From an uncultured virus (IMG/VR IMGVR_UViG_3300031974_001636) (taxonomy: Duplodnaviria > Heunggongvirae > Uroviricota > Caudoviricetes > Kyanoviridae), in the IMG/VR virus record IMGVR_UViG_3300031974_001636: a stretch of DNA of 64,000 bases. One strand, written 5' to 3'. Under the pieces are notes generated by a model, which saw only the letters and a program-made list of their open reading frames with translations, was not told where the DNA came from and did not search any database. The stretch's first letter is position 1, and every line of letters starts with the position of its first letter. Of this stretch, positions 23,501 through 35,500 are shown piece after piece. The translations under genes and the position numbers were made by a program.

Positions 23501-26500
23501 TTTGAGTGGCAACAAACAGGTCATCATCGGGGAATTCTTTATCACAAGTGAACTCACTAACGAGAACCGAGTCAACAACACCAGCGCCATACAGAGAGGA
23601 TGGAGCAGTTCTGGTTACAGTACCAAGGTGGTCAACAGGAGTTCCGAGATTTGCCTGTTCAATAGTATCCGAAATGATGTCGGCATAAGTGGTGATGGCA
23701 CTTGCAACGTCAACACAGTAAGGAGTTCCTGCAGGATCGCGAGTAATACTTTCATCTACAACTTGGGTAAATCCATGAGGACCAGTAATATTGATCAGGT
23801 TACCGCGCATAACATCAATAGCGAAGTCGCGTACCTTATCAATTGCCCAGACAGTCTCTGCTTCCTCACCAATCAGGTGATTGATAGTGACGTTGTTAGT
23901 ATCAGTACGATCAACATAATATGCTGCAGTATCCCAGGAAGAACTGTTGCCAGTATTTCTAAGGTCAAAGGTGATGGCATCAATCCAGAAACCAGCATCT
24001 CTAAGACACTTGGCATAACCAGGACTTACTCTGTCTACTGCAGAAACGGAACTAGAATAAGTAACGGTATCGGCACCACTAGGATCTTGAATTGTATCGG
24101 TTACGATCTTAACCAAAGCGGTGATTCTGTTCATTGCATCGGTATAACCACCAAACAAGAATGGAACATCTACCGTGGAAGTTTGAGTCAAACCATGAGT
24201 ACCGCTAACGGTTACCGTAGTATTGTTAATTACCTCTTGAGTAATATCTCTCGCTTCATTTAGAGCAGCAACAGTAGCATTGGTCAAAGTGCCAAGACCA
24301 AAGAGTTCTGCAACATCCCAGACCTTGCTGTTTTCGCCAAACTTAAGGTTGTATCCAACGTTACGGATAACATTCTTAATCTCAGCAACAGAAGCTTGAG
24401 GATCGCCTGCTCTTTCCTGTGCTTCCTCAGCAATGAAATCAAGGTTAGCAATGATTGCATCATAGAAATTGCCACCATAAGTGATTGCAATGTTTTCATC
24501 ACCGAGAGGAATGTGCAGATAAGGATACTGACGATCCATTTGATAGACCGCTTCATTCGCAATCAGAGAGCGGTTGTTCAGAATTTCATTGGAAGCATCA
24601 TAGAATCTGAATCCAATTTCACCGTTAACGAACTCATCACCCTCGTTCCAGGTAGGCAGACCAGACCAATCTTGGAAGTCAGTAGAAAGGTTGTCGCCAT
24701 CAAAGTGGAGGAGCAGCAATGTTTCTGCATCGCCTTGGAACATACCAGTTGCAGGAGTGTATGCTGCAGTGTGACGCTCATCGTTGGAGATACGAACTTC
24801 GTCCATATAACCAGTGAAGGCATTGCTATTCTGCCAGTCAGCACCAATCTTAATGGGTTTGGTGACATGCGTTTGAGAATCACTTCCAGAACCAACTTGA
24901 GCACCATCAATAAAGAGTCTGATAGTGTTGTTGTTTCTAGTTACTGCAATGCTAGTCCAGGTATCTTGAGCAACGACTGTTGCACCAGAATTAGCAAGGT
25001 CGGATCCATTAACGTTGTACCGCAGTTGACCATTCTCAAGGTAGACTCGGATTGCAACCTCAGTTGCTGCCTCACGGAAGTCAAACAGGGTAGCAGTACC
25101 AGTCAAAGATGCAGAGTTGGCATAGATCCACGATTCAATTGCAAAGTTATTAGATCCGAATGCAAACTCAGCATTGCTAGGAATGGTTACATATGCAGTT
25201 CCATTCAGATAGAGAGATGCGTTACCAAACTTCTTCTGCAGAGTGGATACAATAGCACCATTCCCAGCAACAGGAACATGCAGTTCAGTAGAACGGCGAG
25301 CAACTTTACCCAGATACAGATAACCACGAGCGTAATTAGTGCCGATAACCTGAGCAGTAGCATTTTCGGTACGAATAATGTCTCCAGACAGAATCAAACC
25401 ATCAGCAGCAATTGCAGGATTTTCATAAGCGAGTTTGTAGATTCTTACAGTCTCACCATCAGTAAGATCGCCAACCAAAGAAGAGTAGTTAATAATATTG
25501 TTTCTGATTTGCTCATCAACTTCAAGAGCACCGCTTGCGCTGTTGTACTCAACAATAAGGTTGGTAACCTGTTCCGAATTGGGGAACTTACCACTAAATT
25601 CAATAGTAGTGTCGTTAAGATCACCAACTTGCAGTTGAGTTTGTGAAATGTTGTCAAGAACAACGTTCTGGAAGTCAATGCTGGTGATTCTGTTGAATAC
25701 CAGACCGAAGAACGAAGAACCTTCGGAGATGATAACTTGGTTGTTTGCCTGGTTGGTAACAGGATCTCTATAGGACTGAATACCAGTAACAGTGGCAACG
25801 ATTCCACTTTGTTGACCGATAATAATGTCACCGATAACAATATCAAAGAGACCAGGAGTAGATTGGTAAGTACCAGCGGTCTTACTGAGAACCAGAGTGT
25901 TTCCAACTTCAATCTCAGTGCCGTAGAGAACGCTATTGGTTTGGTGACCAACAGCAGTAGTTCCATCAGCAGCACGCTGAACCGTCAAAGTATTGCCACT
26001 AATACCAGTGACAACCATTCTTTCAGAATCAACCTGATAAGTCTTATTGAGTTCAATCTCGGTAGTATCGTCAACGTCAAATGCACCTTGAGTTGCACTC
26101 ATGCCGCCAGGAATGTTGGCAATAGGTTGACCATTGTTACCTTCCAAGTTTACCTGTTCAACAGTTGCCTGATCTCCTCTAAGGTTTTGAATGTCTTCCT
26201 TGAAGTTGAACAGATTTTGTCTGTTGACATCGCTGATGCTATCAAGAGTCGCTTGGAAACCAGTTGCACTACTAAAGATTGTCTCAGTAAGTTGGAATGC
26301 ATCAGTATTATTGTCGTAGTAGAAGTCAATGGTTGTTGTTCCTACAGCAACAACAGTAGCGTTGACATCGGAAACAATACCTCTAATTCTACCGCCAATC
26401 AGAGGGAAGATACCCGAGATATTGCTAAGTTGCATTCTCTTGATATCTCTGAACTGAAGCGTTACCGTTGCATACTGAACATTTGCAGGTGGTTGCGGGG

Positions 26501-29500
26501 GATCACTAAAGACGATATCGGATCCTTGAACCTCAAATGCTTCTCCAGGAGACTGAACAATACCATTGAGAGTGATGATCAACTGGTTAGCGTTAGCAAT
26601 AACAGGTTCGGTAACAGTGTTGCCTTCATCATCCAAGTTTTGTACAGTCAGAGGGAATGCAATTCTTTCACCGTCAAACAGTTGAGAAATGTCATTGATC
26701 TTCTGAACAGTAGAAGTCAAAATCTGCTCGGAGGAAGTCAGATCCTTTTGACGGAAACGAACCTCGGTATTATCAAAGTCGGTGTAGACGGGTTCAACCA
26801 GAGTGTAGTTTTGCAGGTTAGGAACGATTGCAGATTCTGCCAGGTTAACCGACTTAGTAAGTTCAAATGCAGTGGTTTTATTTTCAATCGTACCAGATTC
26901 AATCAAACCAAGTTCACCAAATACCTTGAATCCAGCGGGGTGGACGTTAGTGGTAAGGATGTCTCTCCAATCAGAGATAGCAACAGGGGTTCTAACGCTA
27001 TAAGAGAAGTCTTGATAGAAGTAGGAGTCTTGGATTCTTTGGATAATTTCGGAGGGTTTACCCACGTCATCAATGAATCTACCAGGAGTAGTGGTAATAG
27101 CACCAACTTCCAGAACACCTTTAGCGATGCTCAGGTTGTCAATAGTACCAGACGCCTTAGAAATAGTACCAGTGATATTCTGACCAGCAACAAAATCTCC
27201 AGTGTAATCAACGATCTTCAGAATTCTAGGACCTTCCTGCCAACCATCGTTTTCGGAGACATAACCAGAAGCGGTTGCCTGATCTAGAGTCTCTCCTTGG
27301 TAAATGAATTCACCTGCCAGGAAGCGACCAGTGATAACATTTGCCTCGGCAGCACCACCGAACGAATCGGTAAGCAGAACTTGACGACCTTGACCATCAT
27401 TAGTGTATGACAGGAAGTCGCCAATAGCAGCGTTATCAGGAGTCAGTGCCAACTTCAACTGATCATCTTCCAAAGAGTTTGCTGCACCAGCAATAGCATA
27501 GTAAGTGGTGGCAGCAGACAGTCTGCCGAAGGAAGAGATGGGCAGTGCGGGTTCTTCACCATCACCAGCATCAACGGCTTGCAGAGTAACCGCAGAACCA
27601 TTGACAATACCGTGAGGGAAGGAGAATTGCAGAAGATTCAAGTCAAGGTTGACAACGTAGTTGAACGAAGACTTGAGACTGACACTAGGTTGAGAAGAAT
27701 ATCCCGATCCAGGGTCTTTAACTTCAATCTGATCAATACGACCGTTTCTAATAGTTGCTTCGGCAATAGCACCAGATCCGCCACCACCTTCAATGATAAC
27801 TGCAGGAGGAGTAGCATAACCAGAACCAGGATCAGTAACAGTAATGCTGTCCAAGATGCTCGTGCTAGTCAACTGAACGTTAACAGGGAACGTAATTTCA
27901 GGACGCAGGGTATAGTCGTGAGTATAGTCAAAACCGAAGTTGTTATTCTTCAGTTTCTTAATCTTACCAATCTGATTTGCCTTAACAAAGATAGAAGCAC
28001 CAGATCCATTCGGAGGAATGACAACTTCCAATTCAGCACCAGAACCAGCAAGGCTGGGTCCAAGAATACCAGGGATAGATTCAATGTCAATCGTTGCAGT
28101 AGTGTAGTTCTTACCAGGATCAGTTACGATCACCTCAGTGATCTGACCAGGAATGGTGTTACCATCATCATCCGTTCCATCTTGTACGGTAATATTGACT
28201 TTACCACCTTCACCATCACCACTAATTGATACACCAGTGTATTCACCTACAGCATATTCAGTTCCAGGTTCATTGATAGCAACTCTTTCAATTCTACGAT
28301 TGGAAACAATACTAGATACGATTGGAAGCTTCTTATAGAATCCACCACCATTGATGAGACGAATTGCACCAATAGGTCCAACTGCAGACACGGAAGAAGT
28401 TGTGTATCCGACTCTAGATGCAGTTGCAACACTTTCTGGCTCATTAAGCAGGGGGAACTTAAAGATGTTTGCACCCGAAGTGATTGTCGCACCAGCAAGG
28501 AATTTAACTTCAAATTCACCTGTATATGGGGTAGGAATAACGTCAAGATAAGTTCCTGCATTTACAGGTGAGTTATCACCCGTTCTGGAAGGGTCAAAAT
28601 AGTAAGAGATATTTGTAACTTCAGAGTTTACCGACAACTGAACATACGGTTCGGGATCTCCACCTTGCTGAACACCAGGGGTGCCAACTCTCTGAATGGA
28701 GTTAAACGAATATTCCAGTTTGAAGAGGTTATCCTTAGAGAAGGACATGAAGTATCCTTGGAGAGAAGGATCTCCAAGCATAAACTGATACTTATGGTTG
28801 TAGAACATCTGAATGACAGGATGTTTTACAAAGATATCAATACTAGATGCAGTATCGGGTTCACCCACTGCAATTGCTCTAAGACGAGTAGTAAACTCTC
28901 TAGTGCTAATCACTTCATCAACTGCAAACGATCCGTTAAATTCGGCAGCAGCGTTACCAGAGATGAAGAGATTGTCGCCAGACTGCAATTTGTGTGCCCT
29001 TGCAGTCTTATAGAAAACTCTGTCAGTTGCATTAACAGCAGTCAGTTGGAGAATCTTATCAAGGTTAGTGATAAGAGTAATTTCGGTGACAGCAGTAAGA
29101 CCACTGATAGTCAATTGAGATCTATCGGCATTATAGGTGACTTGATCTTCATTAGGAGTGATTACACTACCAATGATATAAGGAGATCCTGCAGGAGCAG
29201 TGTCATCAATCCTTACAGTAAAGTCTTCCTGACCATATACTTTGAATCGTGCATCCAAACCAGCAGGGATATCAAAGATGAATGTGCCCTGAGTAGTAGT
29301 GAATGGTTCGTTAGCAAAGATATAAGATCCGATGCTATTATTTTCGCCACCAGTGGTGATGATTTCGCCTGTCCCAACATAACCTTCCCATGCACTCTTA
29401 GTTCCCGTATACTGGGCAATATACAGACTATTTGCATCAACGTCAATAACTTCGGCATTAGCAACTAGCTGACCAGAGTTATTGTATTGTTGAATTTGAC

Positions 29501-32500
29501 TATTTTTCTTAACGTTGAAAGTTTGATTCAGCGAAAGACGAAGAACATTGTCAACTTCAGTAGTGTTAGTTACCTTAATGTAGAACTTACCATAGGTTGT
29601 CGTTTCTGCCTTAACCTTTCTGCCACCCTTTGCAGGAATAGTAGCAGTTCTGGAAGACCATACATCAGTATTGGAGGTGAGAGTTACCGAATCAATTACA
29701 AGAGCAGAGTTAACATCATTGTAATCCAGAACCTGAAGACCTTCAGATGCAAGAGTTACACTGGCAACTGTGATTGGTTGATTGATCGTTGTAGGATAAG
29801 TGTATGCTGCGGTGGTGAAATGATAGTTAGTATTCGCACCAACAAACGTTCCTTGACGGGTAGAATCAATATTCTTGTCAGTCTTGATGACGAGAGCAGC
29901 ATCAGGAACATAATGATACGTCTTATAGTAATCGTTATATTCTGCGGTAGTAGAAGGAACCGAGATAGTTCTTACATGATCGCTAATACGGAAACCATCA
30001 ACATCAAACGAACCTGCATAATCAACAGTATAACCACTAGTGTTTCCAGTCCAGTTAGGAGAGTTGCCAATGTAGATCTTAGCGGTAGAAGGAATGGTCA
30101 AAGAGGGCAGTGAACCACTACCAACCGAAGTTCCATCAACATAGATCGTAAACAGGTTACCAGCCTTGGTTACCGCACAGTGTACATAACCACCATCGTT
30201 TACGATTTGATTGTTTGCACTAGCAATGGGAGTTGCAGTTCTCTGGAGAGTGGAAGAGGTGTACAATTCCAGTCTCTTATTGCTACGATTGAGAGTTAAG
30301 GTAACGCCTGGCTCACTGCCATGACCGATACCGAACAAGATGTGGTGAGTAGAACCAAGACCTGCAAGTCTGCTGTCCTGCAGAACAGTGGTCTCAGTTA
30401 CACTCCACCAACCTTCAATCGTCCAGTCACCATTCGGATCATAGGTATCTGCATAACCGTAGATGCCAGTATTATTTTCGGGGTTGATCTCAAAGTGAGT
30501 ATCACTCCAGGCAGCACCATCATAAGCATTGATTCTCAGACCACGAGTGCTACCTTGACCAGAAGGAGCACCACTTGCAATGTTAGAACCAGTGTAGTAA
30601 TCACCAATCAGGTTTCTGTTAGTCAGATTACCAGTGGTATCTACGGGTTCGGTCTCATCAGTTGACTCAAAGTCAAACAGACCAACAACTTCGTTACGGT
30701 AACCTTGACCAGTCAGTACAGGGTCGCCAGAACTATCAGCACTAATAGCATTGATTTCAAAACCAACGATATTGCGACCAAGACTTACTTTATTGGTAGA
30801 AATTACAGTGCCATCATATCTAAATTTGATAACTTCACTCTGTTTTCTAAATGCTTCAGAACCAGATGTAGACTCATTAAGTTCATAGTTGATTGCCAGG
30901 TTATAATTACCAAAAACATCAACATTGCCACCAATAACCTTGAGGTTTCTCAAAGTACCAGCAGGCGTAATTCTCTTACCCCAACGAACTTCGTTTTCGG
31001 TAGTTACTTTACCAACAAAGACGCCGATTGGGTTAGAACCAGAATATGCAGTACCAGAGACCAGGAAGTCCCCAAACTCATCAATATCAAATCTTGCACC
31101 CCACAAGTTGTAGCTGGTGGTATTGAAGTTGATAACTTTGTCAATGACAACAGCAAACTGCTGTGCCTCGCAATGTGCGATAGCAAAAGACTTAACCGAA
31201 CTGGTAGTAGTAGGTGCAATCTCTAGCAGAACATAGAACTTGCCGTTATCAGCATTATACTTAATATCAACAACTTTTTCTGAGTCACTAGCGGTAGAAA
31301 TCTTTCTCTTTTGCTGAACCCCAAGGTTTTCATTAAAAATGATGATGTATGCATCAAAAGGATACTGGGAGTTAGTATTGGTGTGACCACCGATACACCA
31401 CTTATTCTCACCAACCTTAGAGATTGCGCTAACTTCATCCAGACGAGTAGAACCAGAGATGCCTGCCATCTCCTTTTGATACTGAATTGAGCAAGTAGTA
31501 CCAGAAGTATTCTGGTTAAACTTCATCAAAACAATGTCAGGATTGTAGTTGACATTGAGGGAGTTGGGTTTAGTAGTACCAGTGACATATACGTCTAGGG
31601 TATCACTCTCTTCATCTACAGTAAGAGCAGTAAAATTACAGAAAGTATCTTGACCACTGGGTTGCTCAGATCTGGCAGTCTTGTACCAAACGATATCGCC
31701 ACTAGTAGAATATTTTGCAACAAAACCAACTCTGTTATCAAATTGATCAATGGTATTACCACAAACATAGATGTCTTTGGTGATATCACTGGTGTAGATG
31801 GCGTTGATTACCGTATCATTCAAGTTTTCAGTACCATTGATAAAGTATTCCGCCTTCTTAAATTCTTGAGGGTGAGAAATAATCAGTCTTGGGTTGCTGC
31901 TAAATCCATTACCAGATTTAACAATGTCAAACGAAGACACTGTACCATTGCTGATATTGATTACTGGATTAACTTCTGCATGTTGTCCATCCCCATCAAT
32001 TTCAACAGAAATCGGTACATCATCAGTATAACCAGTACCAATTTGAGTAACGTTAATGGTTTCAATACCATTTACAACTTTTACCTTAAATTGTCTGTTT
32101 TCGGTAGAGATTTCGGGAGTGTAGGTAACCTGTACTTTGTCTCCAGCAACTAGATCATGAGGTACATCGGTAGTGATTACACCATGAGGAACATCATTGA
32201 TAAGTTCAAAGTCATAAGTTGAAATAGTCTTACCTTGAATAGTTCTGATAACCGCAGAAATGCCATAACCTTCACTATCAATATCGTCAAAAATCAGACG
32301 GTCATTTACCTGATAGTTGTCGCCAGGGTTCTCTACAACAAATCCGTTAACAGATGCGTCCTCAAACTTAGTGATAGTTTCAACTTCAATGTCAACTTTG
32401 GAGTCAAATCTAACTTTAGGGAAGTAGTCAAACAGTTCCAGTTTGTTCTCTTCCAACAGCGAACCAACATCTTGAAGTTCTTCAACTACCAGTTCATCGG

Positions 32501-35500
32501 TAATTTCATAAGTTGCACGGAAACCAATAAATTCTACATCAACAATGTTTGCGGAAGTGGTATTTCCATCATCGTCAGTATAAACAAAGTTCAGACCAAT
32601 ATACTGATCATAAGTACCATCAAACGCAGGAGCAAACTTCTCCGAGGATACAACTCTTACCAGAACAGTAGTATTGGTAATACCATTGAACAGAACCTGT
32701 ACATTGATGGGATTTGTAGAAGGAGCATACAGTTCATTCGTAGTAGTGTATGCAGGGATAGCATAGGTTTGACCTACTGCCATCGTAATACTACTTTGAT
32801 CATAAGTCAGACGGAATACTCTGTCATCAGGACGAGTTGTCAGTCTAACTTCAGGGGTGGTGATATCATTATCATCATCAATCTGATAATTTGTATCAAT
32901 TACGTTATCCCCATCAGAATCTTCCCAAATGGGATCAAACGTCAACTCAAGACCATCTTCTGTAGTCAGAAGGTCGGCAGTTGCGTTAGGAGTACGCTCA
33001 ACATCAATATCAACATTCTCATAGGGATCACGATAACGGATAACACCAGTAGGAATGTTTTGCTGTACTGCAGTTGATGCCAGGTTCCACTTATCTACAC
33101 TGGAGTTAAAGCTAGGTCCAATGATGTAAGGGAAAACTGGGTTACCTTGCTCGGTAGCATCAATACAAGTGAAGTATGCATAGACACCTTCAGGGAACTC
33201 AGGAGTCTTACCAAAACGCCCGTTATAGCGGTCCAAGTCACCTTCACCGAAGGTATACTCATAATCTTCAATATAAGTGCCTGCAGGGTCATCTGCGAGG
33301 AGAGGACCACCTGCTCTAACAGGGGTAGGATTGGTGATGGCGTTCAGTACCAGAGCAGGTTTCAGTCTATAACTCGGTTCCAAACGACGAATATTGGAAC
33401 TTTGGTTAGTGGGATCAGTGTAACCATAGGGACCGTAAATTGGGTTACCATCAAATGCCCAACCAATAATCGGAGAGTGGGAAATATTGCTGGTGGATTC
33501 GGTCAGAGCACCGTTGGAGTCTTCCAACAGGTTGTCGCCCAGAACGTATCTAAGTCTCTTGGGATTAGTAAAGTGGGCATATTCGCCACCATACTGGTTG
33601 TTATAACCAGAGAACACAGAACCTTGAGCATTATCAAGCGTCGTGATAGGTGCAAGGTTGTAAGTCCAACTTTGTACTTCAGCAGTGAACTGTGCATCTG
33701 AACCAACAGAACGCAGAATAATTACGGTAGTTCCTGCCTCATAGTTGATGCCTCTATTAGTGATAGAGATGCTGGTTACACGACCAGCATTTTCGCCGTC
33801 AGTATCAATATTTGCAGTAGCAATAGCACCAAAACCATTGCCATAAATTTCAACAATAGGAGGAGTCGTATATCCGCTACCAGCGTTAATGACGGCAATA
33901 GAAATAATACGACCATTCTGGACGATAGCTTGTGCTTGAGCACCTTCACCAGAACTCAGGGTGATGTCTGGTTGGGAAGTATAATTCGTACCACCAGTGT
34001 TGATTACAACTTCTTTGATGGGACCACGAACTTCTGCCAAAGCAGTAGCACCATTACCACCGCCACCAACAATAGTAATTTCAGGTCTAGAAGTATATCC
34101 AGTACCACCACTGTTGATAAGGACTCTAGAAACTTGTCCGTTAGTAACAACTGCTGTAGCAGAAGCACCAGAACCGCCGCCACCAACAATAGATACCAGA
34201 GGAGGACTGGTATATCCACTACCAGTAGTAGCAATGTTAATTGCGGTCAGAGAACCGTCAATGACAACAGAACCAGTGGCACCAGTACCACCACCATTAG
34301 AAATGGTCAGAGCTGGTGGAGATGCAGCATCATACGAATCGCCTTGTTTGACGATGTTGATTTTGGTAACTTCACCAAAGATTTTTTTGTTACTAGACTT
34401 ATAAGACCAGATAGAAACACCATTTACCCATGCTCCAATCGGTCCTGGTTGAATCTCATCCTTAGTGGAGATAGTCTGCGAGCGTCTAGGGAATCTGAGA
34501 AGTTTACGCTGGTTTCCAGGAATAAGTGCCTGCCCAACAAAAGGACCGACTTTATAGTTCGGGATACCAGATGCGGCAACGTAAACGTAGTCGTCGTTAA
34601 AGAACGAATTTTGAATGTTGGTAGTATAAATGCCGATGGAGTTATTGATAGACTCAACATCAGACTTACCTCGGTTAAGGTCAACCGAGATGAGAATATT
34701 GCCCTGAGGTACAACCGCAGCAGGTTGAACGAGTTGATACTTAAATACTGTCGTAGATTCTCTAGACTGTACAAAATAAGTACCGTTAAAGAGAATCGGA
34801 TTGGCACCATAGATGGTTACCTGATCTCCCACAAGGAGACCATGAGGATTATTGCAATAAACAGTGGCAGTTTGATTGTTAACGCCGCCAAACTCAATTC
34901 TATCAACCGATACAAGTTTTTTGACATTATAGTTCCAAGTGTTCAGCAGGGGAACATTTTCGGAAGCACCAAGTTTTGAAACCGTCAGTTTATCACCAGG
35001 GAGATAATAAGTTCCATCATCGGTCAGAGTAGTGTTCTCTGCTTTGATAATACCGACAACTTTGACGACAACCTCTTGGTCGGTTCCATAATTCACATAT
35101 GCATAGAAGTTAGAAGTAACCTCAGTTGCAGCATCCCAATCTTCAACAATATTATTTACGGAACGAGTACACTCAATAAACTGGTTAAGTGACTTTTCTT
35201 TATATCTGATAAGTTCTGTGCCGACAAGGATCTCACCGTTTCTCTCGGGCCAACCAATGGTAGAGTCAACAGTAAGAACACTATCAGTGGTAGTAATACC
35301 TTCAGCAAGTTTAGTCTTGTATGGAATCGTGAATTTTCCTTGAATTGTCTCTTCAGAGAGAACAAGTTCAAAGATTTCCAGTTCCGAAGTTTTAATTGAG
35401 ATGAAGTTCTCAATCAGAGCAGATGCACTACCAATATTAGGGTCAACTTGATCTTGGAACTGTTGCAGGAAACCGTCCTTAAGATTTTGAGGATTACCAC

